In this document: positions 27,312 to 37,651 of the stretch, piece after piece
How positions within the stretch are numbered: the stretch's first letter is position 1
Layout of the letters: the number at the start of each line of letters is the position of its first letter
Source: Desulfobacteraceae bacterium
GTDB lineage: Bacteria > Desulfobacterota > Desulfobacteria > Desulfobacterales > UBA2174
Reading direction: 5' to 3'
Assembly (NCBI GenBank): GCA_028700185.1
Contig: JAQVTF010000001.1
Coordinates: forward strand, 1 to 63,079
Length of the DNA: 63,079 nt
Position numbers and translations under genes: made by a program
Notes under the pieces: model-generated
Database searches by the model: none
What the model was told of the DNA's origin: nothing
The model's input: only the letters and a program-made list of their open reading frames with translations

Positions 27312-28376
27312 ATGACCTACATTCTTATCGACAAATCGCAGTGGGCCGGCGGGTTGGCGGCGGCCGAAAAGGCCTACCGGCTCTTCGGACCGGTACAGCA
27401 AGGCGCGATGAGCAACTTCGCGCCCCTGGCGCCGGGCCAAACGCCGGACCTCGACGGTCTCAACACCCGCATGTCGGCCCGGTCCGTCGTCTATCCCCAG
27501 AGTGAAATCCTCTTCGAATACTCCCTGGATCCCCAGGATCCGGAAGCCAACGTGCTCAGAGAAACACCGCCGCCGCCCAAGCCGGCCGCCGCGGTGGGCA
27601 TCCGGCCCTGCGACGCCTACAGCTTTCTGCTGGTGCGGCGCAACTTCGACGCCCCGGATGTCAAGGATGTCTACTGGCTTCGCAACTACGAGGCCACCAC
27701 CTTCATCGGACTGGCCTGTGATCAACCCGGCGGCACCTGCTTCTGTACCAGCGCCGGCTGCGGCCCTTACAGCGAACAGGGCCTGGACGTGCTCCTGAAA
27801 GACACCGGCGAGGCCTATCTGGCCAAGGTCATCACCGCCAAGGGGACTGCTTTCATGGCCGCCGCCGGTTGGTCCACCGACGCGCCGGCGGACAGCGAAG
27901 CCCAGTTTGACCGGGGCAAGGAAGCCGCCGAAGCCAAGATCGTCTCCACCGTTGAAACGGACCGGCTGGCTGAAATCCCCCAGATGGCGCTCTATGACGC
28001 CGACTTCTGGGACGAGATCGCCTTCTCGTGCATCAACTGCGGCACCTGCACTTACCTGTGCCCCACCTGCTGGTGTTTCGACATCCAGGACGAGGTCCAC
28101 GGCAAGCACGGCATCCGCGAGCGCAACTGGGACAGCTGCATGTTTCCGCTCTTTACGCTCCACGGCTCCGGCCACAACCCCCGGGGGCAGAAGGTGCAGC
28201 GGGTGCGCCAGCGCTTCATGCACAAGCTCAAATACTACGTGGACAAGTACGGCAACGGTATCCAGTGCGTCGGTTGCGGCCGATGCATCCAGTACTGTCC
28301 CGTCAACATCGACATCCGCAAGGTGTGCCAACTGATGAACCGTTTCGGCCAAGACGCCTCTTGCAAGGTCGCTTGA
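27312..28376 (+). CDS. FlxB-like iron-sulfur protein (AsrA / HydB family)
   Basis: The ORF is 354 aa. Motifs are CINCGTCTYLCPTCWCFD and CVGCGRCIQYCPVNIDI. The central HGSGHNPRG..RQRFMHKL region is typical of AsrA-like proteins. Confidence 0.65.
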   Translation: MTYILIDKSQWAGGLAAAEKAYRLFGPVQQGAMSNFAPLAPGQTPDLDGLNTRMSARSVVYPQSEILFEYSLDPQDPEANVLRETPPPPKPAAAVGIRPCDAYSFLLVRRNFDAPDVKDVYWLRNYEATTFIGLACDQPGGTCFCTSAGCGPYSEQGLDVLLKDTGEAYLAKVITAKGTAFMAAAGWSTDAPADSEAQFDRGKEAAEAKIVSTVETDRLAEIPQMALYDADFWDEIAFSCINCGTCTYLCPTCWCFDIQDEVHGKHGIRERNWDSCMFPLFTLHGSGHNPRGQKVQRVRQRFMHKLKYYVDKYGNGIQCVGCGRCIQYCPVNIDIRKVCQLMNRFGQDASCKVA

Positions 28377-28391
28377 TAGAAGGGGGCCCCC

Positions 28392-29234
28392 GTGCAACCA
28401 AATCCGTATCTGCCCTACCCGGTCCGCATCGATGACATCATCGTTGAAACCGAGGACAAGAATCTGAAAACCTTCAAGTTCGCCTTCATCGATCCCGCCG
28501 ACGAGGAGAAATTCGCCTATCACCCGGGGCAATTCGCCGAGCTGTCCATCGCCGGACGGGGCGAGATTCCCATCGGCATCGCCTCTTCGCCCACCGAGAA
28601 AGGGTTCGTGAAATTCACCGTCAACAAGGTTGGCTTGGTGAGCAGTGCCCTGCACAACATGAAGGTCGGCGATGTGATGGGGATCCGCGGCCCCCTGGGC
28701 AACTGGTATCCCTGGGAGCGGCTGGAGGGCAAGAACGTGGTGATCATCGGTGGCGGCTTCGCCTTCACTACCCTGCGGTCCTCCATCATTTACATGCTGG
28801 CCAACCGGGAGCGTTTCGGCGACATCCACGTGATCTACGGCGCCCGAACCCCCGGCATGCTGCTCTACCGTGATGAGTTGGCCGCCTGGGAGGCCCGGGA
28901 CGACATCCACATGCACATCACCGTGGACGGCACCAACGATCCCAACTGGAAATACAACGTGGGTTTCGTACCCACCATCACCGATCAGAAGGCACCCGAG
29001 GCCGACGAGAACACCTACGCCATCGTCTGCGGTCCGCCCATCATGATCAAGTTCACCCAGCCGGTGCTCGACGCCCGCGGCTACGGTCATGACAACATCA
29101 TCATGAGTCTGGAAAACCGCATGAAATGCGGTATCGGGATGTGCAGCCACTGCAATGTGGGACAATACTTCGTCTGCAAGGACGGACCGGTATTCACCTT
29201 GGCGCAGCTCAACGGCATGCCCAAGGAGTACTGA
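28392..29234 (+). CDS. FlxA-like FAD/NAD(P)-binding [2Fe-2S] oxidoreductase (AsrB / HydG / PyrK family)
   Basis: The ORF is 280 aa with a GTG start. Motifs are HPGQFAELSI, VVIIGGGFAFTTLRS, IVCGPPIM and the C-terminal CGIGMCSHCNVG. Confidence 0.7.
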   Translation: MQPNPYLPYPVRIDDIIVETEDKNLKTFKFAFIDPADEEKFAYHPGQFAELSIAGRGEIPIGIASSPTEKGFVKFTVNKVGLVSSALHNMKVGDVMGIRGPLGNWYPWERLEGKNVVIIGGGFAFTTLRSSIIYMLANRERFGDIHVIYGARTPGMLLYRDELAAWEARDDIHMHITVDGTNDPNWKYNVGFVPTITDQKAPEADENTYAIVCGPPIMIKFTQPVLDARGYGHDNIIMSLENRMKCGIGMCSHCNVGQYFVCKDGPVFTLAQLNGMPKEY

Positions 29235-29412
29235 TTGCGCCCTCGGTGATACCCGACGCCAAGCGGAGGTGGTCAAATTCATGTTGACTTCCACGGATAT
29301 ATCCGCTAAAAAACGCCCTTGATACCTAAACATCAAACGAAATCGGGAAGACTGGAACATCGGCCAGACGCTAGTTTTGTAAACAAACTCAATATTGAAG
29401 GAGGACGTTGTC

Positions 29413-29730
29413 ATGCCGCAAGTGGAATTCGCCGGAAAGACTTTTACTGTCGATGAAGATGGTTTCATTGACGATTACGCCAACTGGTGCGAAGAGTGGG
29501 TTCAGTACGTCAAAAAGGAAGAAGGCATCGACGAATTGAACGATGAGCATCGCCTGGTGATCAAGACCCTGCGGGACTACTACGAGAAAAACGGCATCGC
29601 GCCCATGGTGCGTGTCCTCTCCAAGGTCACCGGTTTCAAGCTGAAGCACATCTACGAGCTGTTCCCCTCAGGACCGGGCAAGGGAGCCTGCAAGATGGCG
29701 GGATTGCCCAAGCCGACGGGTTGCGTCTGA
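29413..29730 (+). CDS. dsrC: DsrC (dissimilatory sulfite reductase gamma / sulfur-trafficking protein)
   Basis: The C-terminus ..GKGACKMAGLPKPTGCV carries both conserved Cys, with the penultimate Cys 11 residues after the first (10 residues between them). GAAGGAGG lies 8 nt before the ATG at 29413. The track ORF starts 18 nt earlier. Confidence 0.9.
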   Translation: MPQVEFAGKTFTVDEDGFIDDYANWCEEWVQYVKKEEGIDELNDEHRLVIKTLRDYYEKNGIAPMVRVLSKVTGFKLKHIYELFPSGPGKGACKMAGLPKPTGCV

Positions 29731-29766
29731 TCGAGACGGCGTTTATCGAGAGAAAATTGGCAAAAG

Positions 29767-29795
29767 GGCTCTGCAGCAATTGCAGGGCCTTTTTG
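29767..29795 (+). terminator. Rho-independent terminator after dsrC
   Basis: GGCTCTGCA-GCAAT-TGCAGGGCC is followed by TTTTT. Confidence 0.7.
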
Positions 29796-29812
29796 CGTTC
29801 AGAGTTCCGAGC

Positions 29813-30232
29813 ATGCCGACCATACGCCTAACCACTCGGAAAAAAGCGGAATTTATTGACATCACCGCCGATGTCCGCGATGCTTTGAAGCGACTGAAGG
29901 CCACCGAAGGCTTTTGCCTGCTCTTCGTCCCCCACACCACGGCGGCGGTGACCGTCAACGAGAGCGCCGATCGGGACGTGGCCGCCGATATCCTGACGGC
30001 CCTGGACCGACTGGTGCCATGGGAGGCCGGCTACCGCCACCGCGAAGGCAACGCCGCGGCCCACATCAAATCCACCCTGGTGGGTGCGTCCCAGTGGCTG
30101 GCGGTGGAAAGCGGTGAACCGGTCCTCGGCACCTGGCAGGGGATCTTTTTCTGCGAATTCGACGGCCCACGCCCGCGCAAGGTACAGGTCCGGTTTGTGG
30201 CCGCAGCGAGTGATTTGGTCATTGGTCAATAG
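29813..30232 (+). CDS. yjbQ: YjbQ/UPF0047 family protein (secondary thiamine-phosphate synthase type)
   Basis: Motifs are ..FIDITADVRDAL...LLFVPHTTAAVTVNE..D....D...HREGNAAAHIKSTLVG. I prefer the start at Met 29813 because it lies after the dsrC terminator. Confidence 0.8.
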   Translation: MPTIRLTTRKKAEFIDITADVRDALKRLKATEGFCLLFVPHTTAAVTVNESADRDVAADILTALDRLVPWEAGYRHREGNAAAHIKSTLVGASQWLAVESGEPVLGTWQGIFFCEFDGPRPRKVQVRFVAAASDLVIGQ

Positions 30233-30261
30233 CCGGTGGCCGGTACGAAACCAAGGAAACC

Positions 30262-30732
30262 ATGGCTGACATCGACGACATCGATCGGACGCTGCTCAAC
30301 CGCATTCAATCCGATTTTCCCCTGGTAGAGCGCCCTTTTGCCGCCATCGGCCAAGCGCTGGGAATCCCGGAAGCCGAGGTCATCACCCGGGTCCAACGGC
30401 TGAAGCACGAGGAGGTGATCCGGCGTATCGGCGGCAATTTCGTTCCGGACAAAGTGGGCTTCGTCTCCACCCTCTGTGCCGCCGAAGTGCCGGCAGACCG
30501 CATCGAAGACTTCGCCCGGGTGGTGAACCGCTACGGCGGGGTGACCCACAACTACCTCAGGGACCACCAGGTCAACGTCTGGTTTACCTTCATCGCCCCG
30601 TCCATGGACGAAATCGAAACCCACCTGGCCGCCATTCGGCGCGAAACCGGCGTGGCGGACATCCACAACCTGCCGGCCACCCAGGTCTTCAAGATTCGGG
30701 CGCAGTTCGACCTGGATCTTCTCGACAACTGA
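30262..30732 (+). CDS. AsnC/Lrp-type protein of the siroheme decarboxylase (AhbA/AhbB, NirD/L) family
   Basis: The ORF is 156 aa. Motifs are DRTLLNRIQSDFPLVERPFAAIGQALGIPEAEVITRVQRL and ..VTHNYLRDHQVNVWFT... Confidence 0.65.
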   Translation: MADIDDIDRTLLNRIQSDFPLVERPFAAIGQALGIPEAEVITRVQRLKHEEVIRRIGGNFVPDKVGFVSTLCAAEVPADRIEDFARVVNRYGGVTHNYLRDHQVNVWFTFIAPSMDEIETHLAAIRRETGVADIHNLPATQVFKIRAQFDLDLLDN

Positions 30733-30766
30733 CGCCTTCCTTCAACATCAGAGGTCTGCCGTCGCC

Positions 30767-32316
30767 ATGCCCGCAAACGCCAGGTACAAGCATTCCCTTC
30801 TGCTGAAAGTGGCCGTGGTGGCCCAGGGAGCGCGCTGCCAGCAGGTGATGCACAGCCTCGAGCACTCGGCCTCCGAGGTCGTCCGTCTCCGGCTGACCCA
30901 CCTGGTCACCACCGGTGAATCCCCCCGGTGCCGTGAAATGGCCGCCGAAAAAGGGATCGAGATCCTCACCTCCCCTTCCCTCCTCGCCGCGGATCGCAAC
31001 TTGGACATGATCCTGGAGATGACCGGCGACCCCGAGGTGCTCACCGAACTGGCCCGCTGCAAACCGCCCGCCACCGCCTTGCTGGACCATCGGGCCGCCG
31101 AGCTGCTGCTGAGCCTGCTGCACTGGGACGGCGGCCAGCCCCATCAGCTCTCCGACATCGGTCTGGCCACCTCCTTTGCCTCGGCAATGCTGGAGGCCTC
31201 GCCGGACGCCGTGATGGTCATCGACCGCAACTATCGCATCATCCAGTGCAAGAACGTCGAGAAGATCACCATGGGCAAGGGAACCGCAAACATCGTGGGC
31301 CGTTACTGCTTCGAGGCGATTCACGGCGACACTCGCCCCTGCACCGACCCCGACCGCCCCTGCGCCCTGGCCGAGGCGGCCAAAACCGGCCGCCCGGCCC
31401 GGGCGGTGCACAACATCAAGATGCCCGACGGCACCACACGCATCTCCCAGGTCACCACCTATCCGCTGGTGAACCACTTCGGCGAGATCGTGCAGTTCGT
31501 CGACGTGGTGCGCGACATCACCCAGGATGTGAGCGCCCACGTGGAGGCCCGGGCCCGGGCCATCCGGGACGACTTGCAGCGTTTCATCCAGGAGGACCGC
31601 CTCGTCACCCTGGGCCGCCTGGTGGCTTCGGTTTGCCATGAAATCAACAATCCCATCTCCAGTATCGCCACCTTCAACAAGCTCATGTTGACCCACATCC
31701 GGGAAAACAGCCTACCTCCGGAGGGATTGGCCGCCTTCGAGCGCTATCTGGACCTGTCGGTGCGCGAGGCCCTGCGCTGCGGCAAGATCGTCAACAACCT
31801 GCTGACCTTCGCCCGACAAAAAGGCGTCGCGTCCAAACAATTCGACCTGGTGGAACTGGTCCAGACCATCCTGATGCTGCTGGGCCATGCCATGACCAAA
31901 ACCGGAGTGACGGCCCGGCTGGACCTGCCGCCGGCGCCGTTTTCCATCTACGGCGACTACGCCCAGATCCAACAGTGCCTGATGAACCTGATCTCCAACG
32001 CCGTGGAGGCCATGCCGGAGGGCGGTACCCTCACCATCGGCGCCCACCGCCAACCATCTTCCGGCGAGGTATGGATCGAGGTGGCCGACACGGGCACGGG
32101 CATCGCCGAGCATCATCTGCAACGCATCTTCGAACCCTTCTTTTCCACCAAAACCGACGGCAAGGGAGTGGGCCTGGGGCTGTCGATGGTCTACGGCATC
32201 GTGCGCGAGCACGGCGGCAACGTTTCGGTCCACAGCGCGGTGGGCCGCGGGACCACCTTTCGCGTCATCCTGCCGGGGGCACCGGCAAGCACCGCTTCCA
32301 CCAAAGGAGACCCACA

Positions 32317-32320
<4 letters not shown>
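30767..32320 (+). CDS. PAS-domain sensor histidine kinase
   Basis: The ORF is 517 aa. Motifs are H-box SVCHEINNPIS, N-box LISNAVEAM, and G-boxes DTGTGI / GKGVGLGLS. Confidence 0.85.
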
Positions 32321-33668
<1,348 letters not shown>

Positions 33669-33672
<4 letters not shown>

Positions 33673-34271
33673 TGCCTTCCACCGATCCGGAAATGCCGCC
33701 TCCCGAGGACGACGCCGTGGCCGCGTTGGTCCGGCTGATCCCCCTTGGACCGGTGGACGAGCTGTCCTGCCAGGTGGTGGCCGGCAACCTCCAGGCCTTG
33801 ATGGACCTGACCGTCGACATCCTTCCCCCCCGCCCGGTCTTTCCCGACGCCTTCATGGAAGCCAGGCGCCAGTTTGACGCCGTAAAGATCATCAAACACC
33901 TGGCGGAGCGATTTCCCGGCCCGACCCTGGGCCTGGGACTCACCGGAAGCGACCTCGGCACCCCGGTGCTCACCTACGTACTGGGGGAGTCCCAACTGGG
34001 CGGGCGCATGGCGGTGGTGTCCACCTATCGGCTCACCGGCGCCGGCGCCCAGCGAAAACTGGAACGGCTGGTGAAGATCAGCCTGCATGAGATGGCCCAT
34101 GTTCTCGGACTGGGCCACTGCTGGCAACCGCAGTGTCTGATGCGCTCCCCGCGCAACGTGGCCCAGGTGGATGAACTGCCGCTGGCCTTCTGCGATACCT
34201 GCCGCTACGAAATCGGGCGTCGCGTGCGAAACCTTTTCCACCAAATTCAATCCCCCCCCGACCGGTCTTGA
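33669..34271 (+). CDS. Archaemetzincin-type zinc metallopeptidase (M54)
   Basis: HEMAHVLGLGHC is followed by Cys pairs CWQPQC and CDTC. The ATG at 33669 overlaps the stop of the sigma54 activator. Confidence 0.7.
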
Positions 34272-34411
34272 TCCCGGCGCGACAAAGGGGCAAGATGGAT
34301 TCCCCAGTAGGCCACAGAGAGATGGAGGGGCTTTTTCAAATTCCTTTTTTTCTCTCCGTGGCCTGTGGTTCGACCCGCATCGCCTCCCGCCGGCGAGGGG
34401 ACAACCCTTCT

Positions 34412-35317
34412 TTACAGAAACGACTCGGCCAGCTCGTTCCAGTCCAGGCCCGGCACCGACCCGTAGATGTCGCCGACGACCTCGCCACCGGCGGCCGCCA
34501 TGGCATAACCGGCGGTATCGCTGACCTTGCGGCTCAAGCGTCCGGCTTCGTCGTCCAGCCAGGCGAAGCTCTCCTGGCCGAAGAGCAGGTTCTTGAGGTT
34601 CTTGCGCAGATTAGTGGGCTGGATCACCATCAGCCACCCTTCGTTGTAAGGGGCCTTGTTGGCGATTTCGGCCTGCCTTCCGATTTGCGGGTTGATGGCC
34701 ACGACCTTGCCATCCACCGGACTCTGGGCCGGTGCCTGATGACGGCCCCGATTCAGTACAGCCCCGGGCCGGTTCTGACCGACGCTGTCCCCCAAGGCAG
34801 GCAGGTCGATGCGATCCTGGGGCCCGAAGAGACGCAGGGCGAAATCGTCCAGCCCCACCCGAACCCGTCCGCCGTACTCGACCCGGGCCCAGGTATGGCC
34901 GCGCAGGTAGTAGTAGTTCTGGGCCAGGGTGAAACCGGACACGTACTCGAAGGCCGGTGGGGAAAGGGCCGGAACAGTGGCGGTGTCCTCGATCATCTGG
35001 TCGTAGGGGCACTTGACGCAGTTGTAGCCGTGGGCGCAGAGCTTGTAGGCCACCCGTCCGCTGAGCATGTGGCGGCACTTGAGATCCTTGACCAGCATCC
35101 GCAGCCGCGGCGGGGTATGGGCGAGGCTCGTCTTGCCCTTGGCCGCGTTTTCCCGGGCCTGAAAGTCCCTTTGCACCTTACGGTCGAAGCTGCAACCGAG
35201 ACAATCGAAGGCGTTGATGCACTTGATCGGCTTGATGACCCCGGCCTGGCTCCAGACGCATTCATCTTGAACGGTGCGGTAGACCACCGGCCGACCGGTT
35301 GATTTTTGAGCTGCCAT
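34412..35317 (-). CDS. GcvH-like (glycine cleavage H fold) protein with an N-terminal Cys-rich extension
   Basis: The ORF is 301 aa. ..YYYLRGHTWARVEYGGRVRVGLDDFA...SPVDGKVVAINP.. matches the GcvH pattern. The N-terminus has motifs CINAFDCLGC and CAHGYNCVKC. Confidence 0.65.
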   Translation of the reverse strand: MAAQKSTGRPVVYRTVQDECVWSQAGVIKPIKCINAFDCLGCSFDRKVQRDFQARENAAKGKTSLAHTPPRLRMLVKDLKCRHMLSGRVAYKLCAHGYNCVKCPYDQMIEDTATVPALSPPAFEYVSGFTLAQNYYYLRGHTWARVEYGGRVRVGLDDFALRLFGPQDRIDLPALGDSVGQNRPGAVLNRGRHQAPAQSPVDGKVVAINPQIGRQAEIANKAPYNEGWLMVIQPTNLRKNLKNLLFGQESFAWLDDEAGRLSRKVSDTAGYAMAAAGGEVVGDIYGSVPGLDWNELAESFL

Positions 35318-35380
35318 GGTTGCCTCCTTTGCTGTCCTGGGGGTTTGGGTCCAAAAAAACGAATGTTGCCCCCGAGGTAG

Positions 35381-35396
35381 AGCAGGAAGCGGGCCA
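35381..35396 (-). promoter_or_regulatory. Sigma54 (-24/-12) promoter candidate for the GcvH-like gene
   Basis: The minus strand reads TGGCCCGCTTCCTGCT, against the consensus TGGCAC-N5-TTGCW. The GG-to-GC spacing is correct. It lies ~65 nt upstream of the ATG, which has an [10 protein letters not shown]. Confidence 0.5.
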
Positions 35397-35764
35397 AGGC
35401 GGCCCCGGCCGGCCTAAAAAAGACTTATCTCTCTGTTTATCCAATAGTTATTTTTTACTTGAGGACCACCGGAGACCCGAGCAAAGAGGTCATCAAAGAT
35501 CAAAGAAATTGGCGCAATTTGCGCCACCTTTTCGGTGACAAAACTTATTTTCTGTCATATCATTCAGTTGAACATTGCTGTAAATTGCTACAGGGTGAGG
35601 CGATCTGCGACACTCCCCGGTTTGCCGGAGGAAGGCGGGCAGTCCCGCCCCTGACCCGGTGGTGCCGAAGCGGTATGCCCTCGCTTGTCGGTCCTCAAAA
35701 ACGGCAGGCATCCATGTCATCAGGCGGAGATCGTCCCCAAAGGGTGGACGCCAAAGGGAGACCA

Positions 35765-36586
35765 ATGCGAGACATTCGCGTCGCCGCAGCGGTGTGCCGC
35801 TGCCCCCCGGGAAACCTCGAGCGCAACCTGGCCACCATGCAGCGCCTGTGCCGCCGGGCGGCGGCCCGGGACGTCCAGCTCATCTGTTTCCCCGAACTGA
35901 ACCTCACCGGCTATGCCCTCGGCGACGAACTGAGGCAAACCCCTCTGGCGAAGTCCGATCCGGTCATCGGTCGGGTCGAGCAGATGGCGCGGGATCATCA
36001 CCTGGTTATCCTCGCCGGTCTGGCCGTCCTGGCCCCCGACGGCCGGATTTATGCCGAGCACCGGGTCTTTCCACCGGAAGGAGAAAGCGCCGCCTACCGC
36101 AAGCTTCACGCCGCACCGCCCGAGGAGGGGGTTCTGAGCCCCGGTGCCGGCATCCCGATGTTTGATGCCGATGGGGTGCATTTCGGCATTCAGCTCTGCT
36201 ACGATGCCCATTTTCCCGAGCTGACCACCTGCATGGCCCTGGACGGTGCCGAGGTCCTTTTCGTCCCCCACGCCTCGCCTCGGCTCACTCCCCGCGCCAA
36301 GCTCGCCTCATGGCTGCGCCACCTGCCGGCCCGGGCCTTTGACAACGCCCTGTTTGTCGTGGCCTGCAATCAGACCGGGATCGGCGGCAGCGGGCTGACC
36401 TTTCCAGGCCTCGCCCTGGTGTTGGGGCCCGATGGCCGGGTGTTGACCAAACGGGTTTCCATGGCCGAGGGGCTGCTGGTGGCGGACCTGAAAGCCGAAT
36501 ACCTCGACGCCGTGCGGCGCCACCGCATGCGCTATTTTCTCCCCCGGCGCCGCCCGTATCTCTACCGAACGGTCTGCCGCTCGTAA
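35765..36586 (+). CDS. Carbon-nitrogen hydrolase (nitrilase superfamily)
   Basis: The sequence starts MRDIRVAAAVCRCPPGNLERNL..., with ..LICFPELNLTGY.. and ..GIQLCYDAHFPE... The track ORF begins 306 nt too early. Confidence 0.8.
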   Translation: MRDIRVAAAVCRCPPGNLERNLATMQRLCRRAAARDVQLICFPELNLTGYALGDELRQTPLAKSDPVIGRVEQMARDHHLVILAGLAVLAPDGRIYAEHRVFPPEGESAAYRKLHAAPPEEGVLSPGAGIPMFDADGVHFGIQLCYDAHFPELTTCMALDGAEVLFVPHASPRLTPRAKLASWLRHLPARAFDNALFVVACNQTGIGGSGLTFPGLALVLGPDGRVLTKRVSMAEGLLVADLKAEYLDAVRRHRMRYFLPRRRPYLYRTVCRS

Positions 36587-36605
36587 CTCCGTCCCCAAAA
36601 AGAAA

Positions 36606-36638
36606 CCGGCCGGTGCTCCCATTCGGAGCACCGGCCGG
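36606..36638. terminator. Bidirectional terminator between the convergent C-N hydrolase and etfA genes
   Basis: A 14-bp perfect stem, CCGGCCGGTGCTCC-loop-GGAGCACCGGCCGG, with A/T-rich flanks. Confidence 0.7.
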
Positions 36639-36682
36639 CGTCTTTATTCCCCTATACCGACTTGATTCAGACTGAAAATTGG

Positions 36683-37651
36683 CTACTTGGCTTCCTCGAT
36701 GGCCTCGGTGAGGGCCGGCATGAACTCGAGGATATCCGCCACCACCCCCACATCGGCAACCTGGAAAATCGGCGCCTTGGCGTTCTTGTTGATGGCGACG
36801 ATGAAGGGGTTGCCCTTGATCCCACCCAAGTGCTGGAATGAGCCGCTGATCCCGCAGGCCATGTAGACCTTCGGTTTGACGGTCTGGCCCGAGGTGCCCA
36901 CCTGACGGGATTTTTCCAGCCATTTGGCATCCACGATGGGCCGTGAGCAAGAGACCACCGCCCCCATGGCCTTGGCCAGATCTTCGGCGATCTCGATGTT
37001 GTCCTGATCCTCGATGCCGCGGCCGACGGACACCAGCACATCTTCCTTGGTGATGTCCACATCGCCCACTTCAGCCACCACCACTTCGATGAAGCGACGC
37101 TTGGCGGACAACCCACCGATGTCACCGGACTTGTCCACCACCGACCCCGAAGCGCCGGCCTCGGTGGCGGCAAAGACCCCGCCCCGGGGCGTCAGCACGG
37201 CACCACCGGCGATGTTGGCCGTCACGTGGGTGCTGACCTGACCGCCGAATTCCTGGCGCACCACCTTCAAGGTGTCGCCTTCGAGACCTTCGATGTCCAC
37301 CACGTCGGGCACGAAGGCCGCGTCCATTTTGATGGAAAGCCCCGGCGCCAAGTCCATGCCGAAAGTGTCGTGGGCGACGAGCACGATGCTGCCGGCGGGA
37401 ATCATCTTCACCAGCACCGGCCGCACCAGCTCTGCGTTGGGATAGGCAAGGGCCGGATCGTCGAGCTTCCAGACTTCGTTATAAGCCTTGGCCATCTCGT
37501 TGGCCACGGCATCCAGTCCCGCGCCATTGCCGGCAACGATGGCCGTGACGGAAGCCGCCGGATCAATTTTCTTGGCGGCGGTGAGCAGTTCAAGGGCCGT
37601 ATCGTCGGCCACGCCGTCCTTGTGAACGATGTATGCAAAGATCTGTGCCAT
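36683..37651 (-). CDS. etfA: Electron transfer flavoprotein alpha subunit
   Basis: The ORF is 322 aa. The sequence ..RPIVDAKWLEKSRQVGTSGQTVKPKVYMACGISGSFQHLGG.. is present. Confidence 0.9.
   Translation of the reverse strand: MAQIFAYIVHKDGVADDTALELLTAAKKIDPAASVTAIVAGNGAGLDAVANEMAKAYNEVWKLDDPALAYPNAELVRPVLVKMIPAGSIVLVAHDTFGMDLAPGLSIKMDAAFVPDVVDIEGLEGDTLKVVRQEFGGQVSTHVTANIAGGAVLTPRGGVFAATEAGASGSVVDKSGDIGGLSAKRRFIEVVVAEVGDVDITKEDVLVSVGRGIEDQDNIEIAEDLAKAMGAVVSCSRPIVDAKWLEKSRQVGTSGQTVKPKVYMACGISGSFQHLGGIKGNPFIVAINKNAKAPIFQVADVGVVADILEFMPALTEAIEEAK

Noticed and set aside
35510-35524. GGCGCAA-T-TTGCGCC read as a sigma54 promoter (TGGCGC..TTGC) for the C-N hydrolase gene.
   Set aside because: The GG-to-GC spacing is 10 nt rather than 12 nt. 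It is better described as a 7-bp inverted repeat of unknown role.
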